From positions 1 to 64,000 of the forward strand of contig JBGAGQ010000030.1 of NCBI GenBank assembly GCA_044226625.1: DNA of 64,000 nt, written 5' to 3'. The stretch comes from Thermoanaerobaculia bacterium (GTDB taxonomy: Bacteria > Acidobacteriota > Thermoanaerobaculia > Multivoradales > UBA5704). The position numbers and the translations under genes were made by a program. Positions 1 through 7,712 of the stretch are shown one piece after another (within the stretch, counting starts at the first letter, position 1; each line of letters opens with the position of its first letter). The notes below the pieces were generated by a model. That model was not told the origin of the DNA and did not search any database. It saw only the letters and a program-made list of their open reading frames with translations.

Positions 1-786
1 GCGGACCTCTATTGCGTTCGGCGCGCGGGCAACCCATCCGGCCAGATCGATCTGCGGGTTCTCGACGGAACCTCGCGCGGGGCGCGTTTCAAGCTGGAGA
101 TTCCCACCCGGCTACCCCTGGGCGAAGCGGCTTCGTACGCGGCGTTTCTCGTCGGCGACTATCGAGCCCGCGGCGTGCAGGACCTGTACGCTCTCAAAGG
201 CGGCGCGAGCCACCTGGAGGTTCACATCCTCGACAGCCGGCCGGCCCAAGGCAATCCGTACTGGGATTTCCTGCTCGAACGAGGAACACCGATCGGCACC
301 GCGGACGCCGCCGATTTCGAGTTCTTCCTCGGCCATTACAACAGCGACGGGCGGCCCGACCTATTCTGCGTGAAGCACCGCAACACCTCGCGCGGAAAGG
401 TCGAGATCCACATCCTTTCAGGGACCCACGAGTACCAAAGGTTCGCGCTGCAAACCGAAACCACGCTGCCCGTCGACCGGGGCGGTAGGCACCGCTTCGG
501 CGTGGCGCGGTTCCGCCGCGCAGGCGGCAACAGCGACGTCTTCGCCTGGAAACCCGGCCCGCGGAATCTCGAAGTCCAGGTTTTCGACGGCACCCGCGGA
601 TTCGAGCCGTGGCCCACGGATTTCGAAACCGCGCTCTCGGCCGCCGACGTGCCGAACTTCGACTTCCTGGTCGCGGACTGCGCTCAAACGCCCCTCAACG
701 GAGCGATCTACGGCTTGAAGCGCCGCAATTCCTCGCACGGCAAGCTGGAGATGCACTGGATCGGCCGGCAGGGCACTGATACGTAG
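1..786 (+). CDS. FG-GAP/VCBS-like beta-propeller repeat protein, 5'-truncated by the window edge
   Basis: Frame is open from base 1 (ADLYCVRRAGNPSGQIDLRVLDG...). Recurring blades DLYALK..HLEVHILDS, DLFCVKHRNTSRGKVEIHILSG, DVFAWK..NLEVQVFDG, plus GHYNSDGRPDL. Confidence 0.7.
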   Translation, partial: ADLYCVRRAGNPSGQIDLRVLDGTSRGARFKLEIPTRLPLGEAASYAAFLVGDYRARGVQDLYALKGGASHLEVHILDSRPAQGNPYWDFLLERGTPIGTADAADFEFFLGHYNSDGRPDLFCVKHRNTSRGKVEIHILSGTHEYQRFALQTETTLPVDRGGRHRFGVARFRRAGGNSDVFAWKPGPRNLEVQVFDGTRGFEPWPTDFETALSAADVPNFDFLVADCAQTPLNGAIYGLKRRNSSHGKLEMHWIGRQGTDT

Positions 787-944
787 CACCCCGGGGGAAG
801 CTCGCAACCTGTCGGAGCAGCTCCTCGGGGCACACCCTTTCACTCCGAGGGAACCGGGGCGTGGAGATCCCTGAACGAGAGCCAGGCAAGAACGAATTCT
901 CGAAGGTCACTCTCCAAGTCCCACCTCCCTCGGCCGCAGTCTTC

Positions 945-1313
945 CTAGCGCCCGACTTCTCGCAAGGTCTGTTCGTTGACCTCGGGCCACCAGGGCGTCA
1001 TGGGATTCCCAAGCTTCATTTTCCATTCATAACATTTCCCCACCTCTACCGTCGTGCCAAAAGGTACGTAGCGCTGAAATGTCGCTCCCTGCGGATCTAC
1101 GAATCGAACGTTGGAGGGTTCAGGAGGATAGACGGAGGTTCCGCGTTTGACATCGACGACACAACCGCTCTGGAGTTTGGCACCCGGCAGCGAAACATCC
1201 TCGCTTCCCAAAATCGTCTTGTCTCCATATTTGACATAGCAACCCTGGGCGCTCAACTGGAAAGCTCCCATCGCGAGAAGGAGCAACCTTGTTTCGAAGG
1301 AAAGCATTCGCAT
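945..1313 (-). CDS. Small exported hypothetical protein
   Basis: RBS AAAGGAGA 7 nt before ATG at 1313; signal-peptide-like N-terminus MRMLSFETRLLLLAMGAFQLSAQGC; segment is more AT-rich than its flanks. Confidence 0.55.
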   Translation of the reverse strand: MRMLSFETRLLLLAMGAFQLSAQGCYVKYGDKTILGSEDVSLPGAKLQSGCVVDVKRGTSVYPPEPSNVRFVDPQGATFQRYVPFGTTVEVGKCYEWKMKLGNPMTPWWPEVNEQTLREVGR

Positions 1314-1398
1314 GATCGCATCTCCTTTTGCCCGATTGTAGCGTGTCGCTGGAGAATTTAGCCTGGGCATAGCCACCATGCGCTACGACGACTCCGGC

Positions 1399-1773
1399 TC
1401 ACCAGAAGCCATCGTCGTCCCGTTCGCGGACCTCCTTCACGCGGTGTTTGGCGAGCTTGCGGATCAGGCTCTCCGGCAGAGGCCGGTCGTAGGGGAGCTG
1501 AAGGAAGTTCTGGGTCGTCTGCTGGGACTCCAGCTCCTTACGGAACGCCTCCAGGGTCGCCTTCGTGAGGGCGAGGTTGCAGTGCGCCTTGTGCGCCGAG
1601 AACGCGAACAGGAAGCGGGGTTCGACGAAGAAGGGATTCCCCCACTTGATCGCCTCTTCGGCTTTGGGCGCGACGCTCTTCAAGATCTCGTACAGGCGAC
1701 GCAGGTGCGGCTGGCCCGCGGGGGGCGCCGCTTCGATGTATTCGGCGATCGTCGTCGGACGTTTTCCGGCCAT
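1399..1773 (-). CDS. DUF1801 (YdhG-like) family protein
   Basis: TIAEYI...PKAEEAIKWGNPFF...LPYDRPLPESLIRKL pattern. Confidence 0.8.
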   Translation of the reverse strand: MAGKRPTTIAEYIEAAPPAGQPHLRRLYEILKSVAPKAEEAIKWGNPFFVEPRFLFAFSAHKAHCNLALTKATLEAFRKELESQQTTQNFLQLPYDRPLPESLIRKLAKHRVKEVRERDDDGFW

Positions 1774-1789
1774 CGGCGTTCGCTCCGGC

Positions 1790-2176
1790 TCACTTCGCCC
1801 GGTTGAAGGAGACCGCCGCGCGGATCAGCGCCTTGAACGCCTTCTCGTCGATCGTGGCGCCTTCGGGGACATCGATCGCGCGACGGGTCGCTCCTTCGAG
1901 GCTCGAATTGAACAGACCGGAGGGGTCGTCGAGCGCCGCGCCGTGGGCGAACGTCAGCTTGACCGCTTTCTTATAGGTCTCGCCGGTGCAGAGGATCCCG
2001 TCGCGCGACCAGACCGGGACGTTCCACTTCCACTCCTCGACGATCTTGGGATCGGCGGCCAGGATCAGAGCGCGAAGGCGGGAGAGCGTCTCCCCGCGCC
2101 AATCGTCGAGCTCCCCGATCCGCTGATCGATCATGTCCGACGGGGTCTTCCCCTCCGGTACCGCGCTCTTCTTCAT
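1790..2176 (-). CDS. DUF1801 family protein
   Basis: DWRGETLSRLRALI...EEWKW...VKLTFAHGAALDDPSGLFNSSLEGATRRAID. Confidence 0.85.
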   Translation of the reverse strand: MKKSAVPEGKTPSDMIDQRIGELDDWRGETLSRLRALILAADPKIVEEWKWNVPVWSRDGILCTGETYKKAVKLTFAHGAALDDPSGLFNSSLEGATRRAIDVPEGATIDEKAFKALIRAAVSFNRAK

Positions 2177-2305
2177 GGGCCCTCCTCCGGCGTCGCAGCG
2201 TCTCGATCCCGGGCTTCCCGCTCGGGCCGTCTCAAGTCGCCGCCGATCTTACCGGGCCGGAGGCGCCGGCGAGAGCGCTCTCATCCCAGGGCGTGGGACC
2301 CTGCC

Positions 2306-2701
2306 TTACGGGCAGGTCGGAGGCTCGTCCGTGGGCGACGAGAAGATGATGCGATGCCCGTCGGGATCGAGCACGGCGAACTCGCGGCAGCCGTAGGCGT
2401 AGACCTCTGGGCCCCATTCGACCGCGACGAGGCCTTTGAGGCGCTCGTGCTCGACCGCGGCATCGACCACCTCGATCCAGACCGTAAACCGACCGGCCGG
2501 GTGATCGTCGCTCGCGACGATCAGCTGCAGACCGACGCGATCCCGTTGGAGGATGGCGAAGACGTCGGACTCCTCCGGCTCTCCCTCCGCGCCGCGGAAG
2601 CCGAGGACGTCCCGATAGAAGCGAAACGACGGCAGAAGCGAAGCCACCGGGAGCCGCGGCTGGATCGCGAGCGCCCGGGACGCCGGAGCGGATGACGACA
2701 T
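2306..2701 (-). CDS. VOC/glyoxalase/bleomycin-resistance family protein
   Basis: FYRDVLGF and YGCREFAVLDPDGHRIIF motifs; RBS CAGGAGG before ATG at 2701. Confidence 0.85.
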   Translation of the reverse strand: MSSSAPASRALAIQPRLPVASLLPSFRFYRDVLGFRGAEGEPEESDVFAILQRDRVGLQLIVASDDHPAGRFTVWIEVVDAAVEHERLKGLVAVEWGPEVYAYGCREFAVLDPDGHRIIFSSPTDEPPTCP

Positions 2702-2849
2702 GTTGTCCTCCTGAAAAGTCTGGCGCCAAGATACCACCAACCACCTAGAGGATATAGATCGAACGATTGAGCCATCCGAGCAACTCGATCGATACCTTGC
2801 CCCCTCATCCCCTCTGTGATGCAATCGCCACCGCTTTGCCCCTCACCCC

Positions 2850-3734
2850 ATGAAGGCGTACTCGCAGATCGCAGGCGACGGCGGCTCGGGCGTCGCGGAG
2901 CAGATTGCCGACCTCGAGGCGGCGATCGCGGCGCGTCTGGCGGGGATTCGGCACCTGGTCGCGATCGGCTCGGGCAAGGGAGGTGTCGGCAAGAGCACGC
3001 TCACGCGGCAGCTCGGCTCGGCGCTCGCGGCGATGGGCCGACGGGTCGGCATTCTCGACGCGGACATGAACGGCCCAAGCCAGGCGATGCTCGGCGGCGT
3101 GGCGGACGTCCCGCCGCTGCCGGGCGACGAAGGGCTCCTGATCCCGGTGAGCCGGGACGGCATCAAAATCCTTTCGGTGGGAAGCCTGCTCGGAGAGGGC
3201 GAGGCGCTCACCTGGCCGGCGGCGACGCCGCGGCACACGCACGTCTGGCGCGCGACGCGCGAGCTGTCCAAGATGGCGGAGCTGCTCGCCGCCGCCCACT
3301 GGGGGGCGCTCGACGTGCTCCTGATCGACCTGCCGCCGGGGCCGGAGCGGACGGCGCAATTCGCCGATTTCTTCGGGCCGGCGGTCTCGGTGGTCCTCGT
3401 CTCGATTCCCTCGGCGCTCGCGCGCGGCGTGGTGGCTCGCTCGGTAAGCGCGCTCGCCCCCCTGCCGAACTGGCGCCTCGGTTACGTCGAAAACATGAGC
3501 GGTTACGCCTGCGCCGGCTGCGGCGAGGTGCGTCCGCTGTTTCCGGAGAGCGACGAGGCGGCGGGGCTCGCGCTCCCCTGCCTGGGCCACGTCCCGTTCG
3601 ATCCGCGCATCGCAAGCGGCTCGGACGAAGGACGCCCGCTCGGCGAGATCGCGGCGCCGGGCGATCCCGTCGCCATGGCTCTCCAGAACGTCGCTCGCGC
3701 GCTGCTCGAACGCCTCGAGGAGGTGGTGCCATGA
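2850..3734 (+). CDS. Mrp/NBP35 (ApbC) family P-loop ATPase, Fe-S cluster carrier
   Basis: GSGKGGVGKST, LDADMNGPS, WGALDVLLIDLPPG, VENMSGYACAGCGE (CxxC). Confidence 0.88.
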   Translation: MKAYSQIAGDGGSGVAEQIADLEAAIAARLAGIRHLVAIGSGKGGVGKSTLTRQLGSALAAMGRRVGILDADMNGPSQAMLGGVADVPPLPGDEGLLIPVSRDGIKILSVGSLLGEGEALTWPAATPRHTHVWRATRELSKMAELLAAAHWGALDVLLIDLPPGPERTAQFADFFGPAVSVVLVSIPSALARGVVARSVSALAPLPNWRLGYVENMSGYACAGCGEVRPLFPESDEAAGLALPCLGHVPFDPRIASGSDEGRPLGEIAAPGDPVAMALQNVARALLERLEEVVP

Positions 3735-4216
3735 AATTCCTCTGCGTCCCCTGCGACACCCCCATGAGACTGCGGGCGACCGAGGAGTCGGAGCCCGGCT
3801 CGCTCGCGGTCGTCTACTCCTGCCCGGCCTGCGGCTACGAGATGGCGATGCTCACCAACCGCCACGAGACCGACATGGTCCGCAGCCTCGGCGTGCGGAT
3901 CGGCCCGGCCGCCGCCGCGGCGATCGCCAATCCCGGCATGGCCACGGATTCCGGCGCTTCCGTCGCGGCCGCCACGGAAGCGCCCGCGGCGGGACGTTGC
4001 CCCTTCTCCGCCATGCTGGGCGGATCGGCGCAGCCCGAAGCCGCGGCGCCCACGGGACCGGAGTGGACGGCCGGAGCCCTCGAGCGGCTCGCCGCGATCC
4101 CCGAGATGGTCCGCCCGATGGCGCGCGCCGGCATCGAGATGGTCGCGCGTGAGAACGGCCTGGCGTTGATCGACGAAGAGGTCCTCGCCGCCGCCCGCTC
4201 GCGGTTCGGGATGTAG
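3731..4216 (+). CDS. Zn-ribbon (CxxC...CxxC) protein with C-terminal PCP_red-like (BchB/ChlB C-terminal) domain
   Basis: ATGA overlap with the Mrp stop; MKFLCVPC...YSCPACG; C-terminal WTAGALERLAAIPEMVRPMARAGIE..ARE.G...ID..V. Confidence 0.8.
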   Translation: MKFLCVPCDTPMRLRATEESEPGSLAVVYSCPACGYEMAMLTNRHETDMVRSLGVRIGPAAAAAIANPGMATDSGASVAAATEAPAAGRCPFSAMLGGSAQPEAAAPTGPEWTAGALERLAAIPEMVRPMARAGIEMVARENGLALIDEEVLAAARSRFGM

Positions 4217-4222
4217 CCCGGC

Positions 4223-5590
4223 GTGGAAGCGGTCGCCCCGACCGGCCTGCCGCAGCGGTTTTCGACCGGTTCGGTCGATCCGGCCGCATCGGCCTTCGCG
4301 CGGCCGTACGTGGTCTCCTGGAACCTCACCTACCGCTGCAACCTCGCCTGTGAGCATTGCTATCTCGACGCCGGTCCGGCGAAGGTGCTGCTTCCCGCTT
4401 TTTCCGACCGGAGCGAGCTCTCGACCGAACAGTGCTACCGGGTGATCGACGAGATCGCCGCTTTCGCACCGGAGTGCGTGACGATCCTCACCGGCGGTGA
4501 GCCGCTGCTGCGGCGCGACATCGTGGAGATCATCCGCTACGCCGCGGGCAAGGAGCTCTGGGTGGTGGTCGGCACCAACGGGGTGAAGATCACCGAGAAC
4601 CTCGCCGGCATCTTGAAGGCGGAAGGGGTGCGCGGTCTCGCCCTCTCGCTCGACGCGCTCGATCCGTCCCGGCACGATTCGTTCCGCCGCGTGCGCGGCG
4701 CCTGGGAGAACACGGTCGAAGGCGCGAAGATCCTCGACCGGGTCGGATTGCCGTTCATCGTCCAGACCACCGTCGGCGCACACAACCGAGACGAGCTCGA
4801 GGAGATTGCCGCCTTCGCCCACGACGAGCTGGGAGCGAAGGTCTGGAACGTCTACTTCCTCGTTCCGAGCGGCCGAGGCTCGTTCGTGAGCGACATCTCG
4901 CCCGCCGAATACGACGGGATCCTCGGGCAGCTCGCCGCGATCCAACGGCGTTGGGCCTCGAAGATGCTCGTGAACGCGAAATGCGCGCCGCACTTCGTGC
5001 GCACGCTGCTCGCTTCGGACGCTCCCGCGCCGTTTCCGAAGAGCTTCGAAGGGGGGGCCGGCGGCTGTCCTGCGGGCACCCATTACCTCGGCATCCGCCC
5101 GAACGGCGACGTCACCCCGTGCCCGTACCTGCCGCTTTTCGGCGGCAATCTCACCGCCACGGGCCTGCGCGAGATCTGGGACGGCTCGGAGCTGTTCAAC
5201 GCCATCCGCCGCCGCAACGAGCTCGGCGGGCGCTGCGGCGGCTGCGAGCTCTCGGGCCTCTGCGGCGGCTGCCGCGCGCGCGCCCACGGAATGACCGGTG
5301 ACGTGATGGCCGAAGATCCCCTCTGCACCCACGAGCCGGGAACCCTACGCCACGAGGTCGAGCGCCTCCGTCCGGCGGCCGTCGCCTACGGCGAGACCGA
5401 GGCGGCCGCCCTCACCTGGGAACCCGAGGCCCGCGAGCGGATGAAGCGCATCCCCGCCTTCGTCCGCGGCATGGTCACCCGCTCCGTCGAGAGCTGGTGC
5501 GAGAAGAACGGGGTACGGCTGGTGACCGCGACGGTGCTCGACGAGATCCGGTCGAAGATGCCGACGCCCAAGGTGTTCGGGGCGAAATAG
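4223..5590 (+). CDS. Radical SAM/SPASM protein (AhbC/AhbD/NirJ-like) with C-terminal PCP_red-like domain
   Basis: WNLTYRCNLACEHCY (CxxxCxxC), TGGEPLLR, SPASM cysteines GCPAG..PCPY..CGGCELSGLCGGCRARA..PLC; tail WEPEARERMKRIPAFVRGMV. Confidence 0.9.
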   Translation: MEAVAPTGLPQRFSTGSVDPAASAFARPYVVSWNLTYRCNLACEHCYLDAGPAKVLLPAFSDRSELSTEQCYRVIDEIAAFAPECVTILTGGEPLLRRDIVEIIRYAAGKELWVVVGTNGVKITENLAGILKAEGVRGLALSLDALDPSRHDSFRRVRGAWENTVEGAKILDRVGLPFIVQTTVGAHNRDELEEIAAFAHDELGAKVWNVYFLVPSGRGSFVSDISPAEYDGILGQLAAIQRRWASKMLVNAKCAPHFVRTLLASDAPAPFPKSFEGGAGGCPAGTHYLGIRPNGDVTPCPYLPLFGGNLTATGLREIWDGSELFNAIRRRNELGGRCGGCELSGLCGGCRARAHGMTGDVMAEDPLCTHEPGTLRHEVERLRPAAVAYGETEAAALTWEPEARERMKRIPAFVRGMVTRSVESWCEKNGVRLVTATVLDEIRSKMPTPKVFGAK

Positions 5591-5696
5591 CGCTCCCACC
5601 CACACCTTCCTCTCCAAACGTCGCAAACCGAAGTTTTCACCGCCGGCGCCTCAATTCAAGCGCTCCGCAGCAGCTACTGTTACCATTTGGAAATAC

Positions 5697-5725
5697 TTGA
5701 CTTAAATGCGACGAGATTTCACCAT
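5697..5725 (+). promoter_or_regulatory. Possible sigma70-type promoter for the peptide gene
   Basis: TTGACT-N17-CACCAT in an AT-rich patch; the -10 is weak. Confidence 0.35.
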
Positions 5726-5761
5726 CGGCTCCTAACGCTGCAGGAGAGAAAGGAGCTCGAA

Positions 5762-5986
5762 ATGAAGAAGCGGCCGGGTAAGCTCAGTTTGAGCCGGGAA
5801 ACTCTTCGTAGGCTCGACACCCGAATCCTGGGCCCCGTGGACGGCGGCGTGACCGCCAGGACCGATTGCCAGACGTGCTCTTGCGAAACGTGCGCGGCCA
5901 CCGGTTGCGATACGAGCAACTTGAGCGCCTGCTGCCCGCCTCCGGTCGACACCTCGGACGCATCCTGCGGGTTCTGTGAGCAGTAA
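5762..5986 (+). CDS. Cys-rich RiPP precursor-like peptide (74 aa)
   Basis: RBS AAGGAG; MKKRPGKLSLSRETLRRLDTRILGPVDGG|VTARTDCQTCSCETCAATGCDTSNLSACCPPPVDTSDASCGFCEQ; 9 Cys and 12 Ser/Thr after the GG. Confidence 0.8.
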   Translation: MKKRPGKLSLSRETLRRLDTRILGPVDGGVTARTDCQTCSCETCAATGCDTSNLSACCPPPVDTSDASCGFCEQ

Positions 5987-5995
5987 CCGTGGATG

Positions 5996-6030
5996 AAAAA
6001 ACGGAGCGGGCTCGCGCCCGCTCCGTTTTT
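5996..6030. terminator. Bidirectional intrinsic terminator
   Basis: A-tract-CGGAGCGGGC-tcgc-GCCCGCTCCG-T-tract between convergent genes. Confidence 0.85.
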
Positions 6031-6074
6031 CAAATTCCGATGCCTCCGTCGCGCCGACGAGGCCTCGCTTCCCC

Positions 6075-6875
6075 CTAGTTGAAGATGTCGTCCTCGCCCG
6101 TGCCGGACTGCTGGGCCACCTGTTCGTCCATCCACTTCTGATACTCGGCCGGTTCGTCGATCGTGACGAAGCCGCGCATGCGGTAGTGGCCGAGGCCGCA
6201 GAGCTGGGCGCAGGCGATCTCATAGACGAACTCGGGGTTCTTGAGCTTCTCCCGCATCTGGGCGGTGGTCACCGTGGGCTCCCACCAGAGCGGGATCACG
6301 ATGCCCGGCACGGCGTCTTGCTTGATCCGCATCTCGGGGAGGTTGAAGCTGTGGATCACGTCCTTGCTCGAAAGGTAGACGATCGCCGGCTTGCCCACCG
6401 GGAGATGGAGCTGGTTCACTGTCGTCACGTCGTCCTGGGCGGCGGGGTCGGAACGATCGAGACCGAGCGGATTGCTCGCGACGTCGATCTTCTCGATCGA
6501 GGTCTTGCCGAACTTGCCGTCCGGGCCCGGATAGTGGACGTTCCAAGCGAACTGCTCGCCCACCACCCGCACCTCGATCGCGTCCTTCTTGTCGGGGAAT
6601 TCCGAAACGCGGGCGGCCCAGAGGGGAATCGCGAGGCCGACCAGCAAGATGCCCTCGGCCACCGCGACGGCGCCTTCGAGCCAACTCGAGGCGTGAGTCT
6701 TCGCGCCGGTATAGCTCGCCACCGGATTCTTCGAGCGGCGGAACCGCCAGAGGGCGGCGACGAAGAAGATCAACCAGCCGACGAAGAGGATCGCCATCAG
6801 CCAGTGGACCCACGTGAGGGCGCTGTCGATCTGGGATCCGTGCGCCGAGGCGACCGGGGGAAGCCATCCGCTCAT
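6075..6875 (-). CDS. coxB: Cytochrome c oxidase subunit II (CuA), no fused cytochrome c
   Basis: Two TM helices, GEQFAWNVHYPG, SKDVIHSF, CAQLCGLGHYRM; no CxxCH. Confidence 0.92.
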   Translation of the reverse strand: MSGWLPPVASAHGSQIDSALTWVHWLMAILFVGWLIFFVAALWRFRRSKNPVASYTGAKTHASSWLEGAVAVAEGILLVGLAIPLWAARVSEFPDKKDAIEVRVVGEQFAWNVHYPGPDGKFGKTSIEKIDVASNPLGLDRSDPAAQDDVTTVNQLHLPVGKPAIVYLSSKDVIHSFNLPEMRIKQDAVPGIVIPLWWEPTVTTAQMREKLKNPEFVYEIACAQLCGLGHYRMRGFVTIDEPAEYQKWMDEQVAQQSGTGEDDIFN

Positions 6876-7159
6876 GACGAGGCCCTCCGTTGCAGTTGCG
6901 CCCACTCCGCGGCGATGCCTTCGCTTTCGGCTTGCCGCGCCCGGTTGCGCAGATAGAAGAAGAATCTCGTGAAGCCACCTAGAAGCAGGCCGGTGATTCC
7001 GAGGAGGAGAAAGACCCCCAGCTTCGCCGAGGTGATCAGCGGAGAGTCGGGCGGGGTCGCGCCGTAGCAGACGCTGCAGGCGGCGGCCGGATCCGCCCCG
7101 AGCAGAGCGGTGAATGCGAGGACCGGCAGGGCCCGCGCGATGCGCAAGCCGCGGCTCAT
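6872..7159 (-). CDS. Small membrane protein with CxxC after a signal peptide
   Basis: ...PAAACSVCYG...one TM helix; ATGA-coupled to both neighbours. Confidence 0.75.
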   Translation of the reverse strand: MSRGLRIARALPVLAFTALLGADPAAACSVCYGATPPDSPLITSAKLGVFLLLGITGLLLGGFTRFFFYLRNRARQAESEGIAAEWAQLQRRASS

Positions 7160-7353
7160 CCCCGCCTCCGCAGATAACGCAGGAACCAAGTCTCGTAGGC
7201 GAGCAGCGCGACGCCCAGGCCGAACGCTCCCGACGCCGCCGCGAGGCGCGCGCCGCCGGTGAACGACGGGCTGCCGAGCACCCAGGCGCCGAACAGGAAC
7301 GCGAGCGCGCTCGCGCAGGCGATGAAGATCAGGTGGAAGCTCTTCAGGTTCAT
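7156..7353 (-). CDS. Small two-TM membrane protein (65 aa)
   Basis: MNLKSFHLIFIACASALAFLFGAW...YETWFLRYLRRRG; RBS GGAGG; coupled within the operon. Confidence 0.75.
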   Translation of the reverse strand: MNLKSFHLIFIACASALAFLFGAWVLGSPSFTGGARLAAASGAFGLGVALLAYETWFLRYLRRRG

Positions 7354-7364
7354 GTCGCCCTCCG

Positions 7365-7670
7365 TCAATTGACGATCGGGTCGAAATGGGTGAACAGGGG
7401 CAGCAGCAGCACCGCGAAGAAGAAGGCGACGGTGAAGCCCAGCACCCAGTAGATCAGCTTCCGTTCCGAGATCAGGTGCATGAAGTAGGAGGCCACCAGC
7501 GTCCCCTTGACCGAGGCGACGATCAGCGCCACGGTGATCGCCCCCGCGACGGGAAGGTGTAGACGCGAGACGGCGACGGTGATCATCGTGAGCACCAAAA
7601 GGGTCACGAAGACCAGGATGTAGATCTTGACCTGGCGGTCGATGTCGGCGTGTGAATCGTGATGGCTCAT
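7365..7670 (-). CDS. Cytochrome c oxidase subunit IV (caa3/CtaF type)
   Basis: Three TM helices; VKGTLVASYFMHL motif. Confidence 0.88.
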   Translation of the reverse strand: MSHHDSHADIDRQVKIYILVFVTLLVLTMITVAVSRLHLPVAGAITVALIVASVKGTLVASYFMHLISERKLIYWVLGFTVAFFFAVLLLPLFTHFDPIVN

Positions 7671-7712
7671 GTCTCCGCGGCTCCTTGGCGAATCGTCCGG
7701 TTCGGGCCCGGG

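Noticed and set aside
3731-5590. Photosynthesis (DPOR) genes suggested by PCP_red-like domains
   Set aside because: Only the short C-terminal domain is present; no BchN/BchB catalytic domains, and the ATPase is Mrp-type rather than BchL.
2850-6030. Calling the locus a lanthipeptide or PQQ/mycofactocin cluster, or naming the rSAM ahbD/nirJ
   Set aside because: No LanB/C/M, PqqD/RRE or pathway partners are visible, and no ahbA/B or nir genes; motifs alone cannot fix the substrate.
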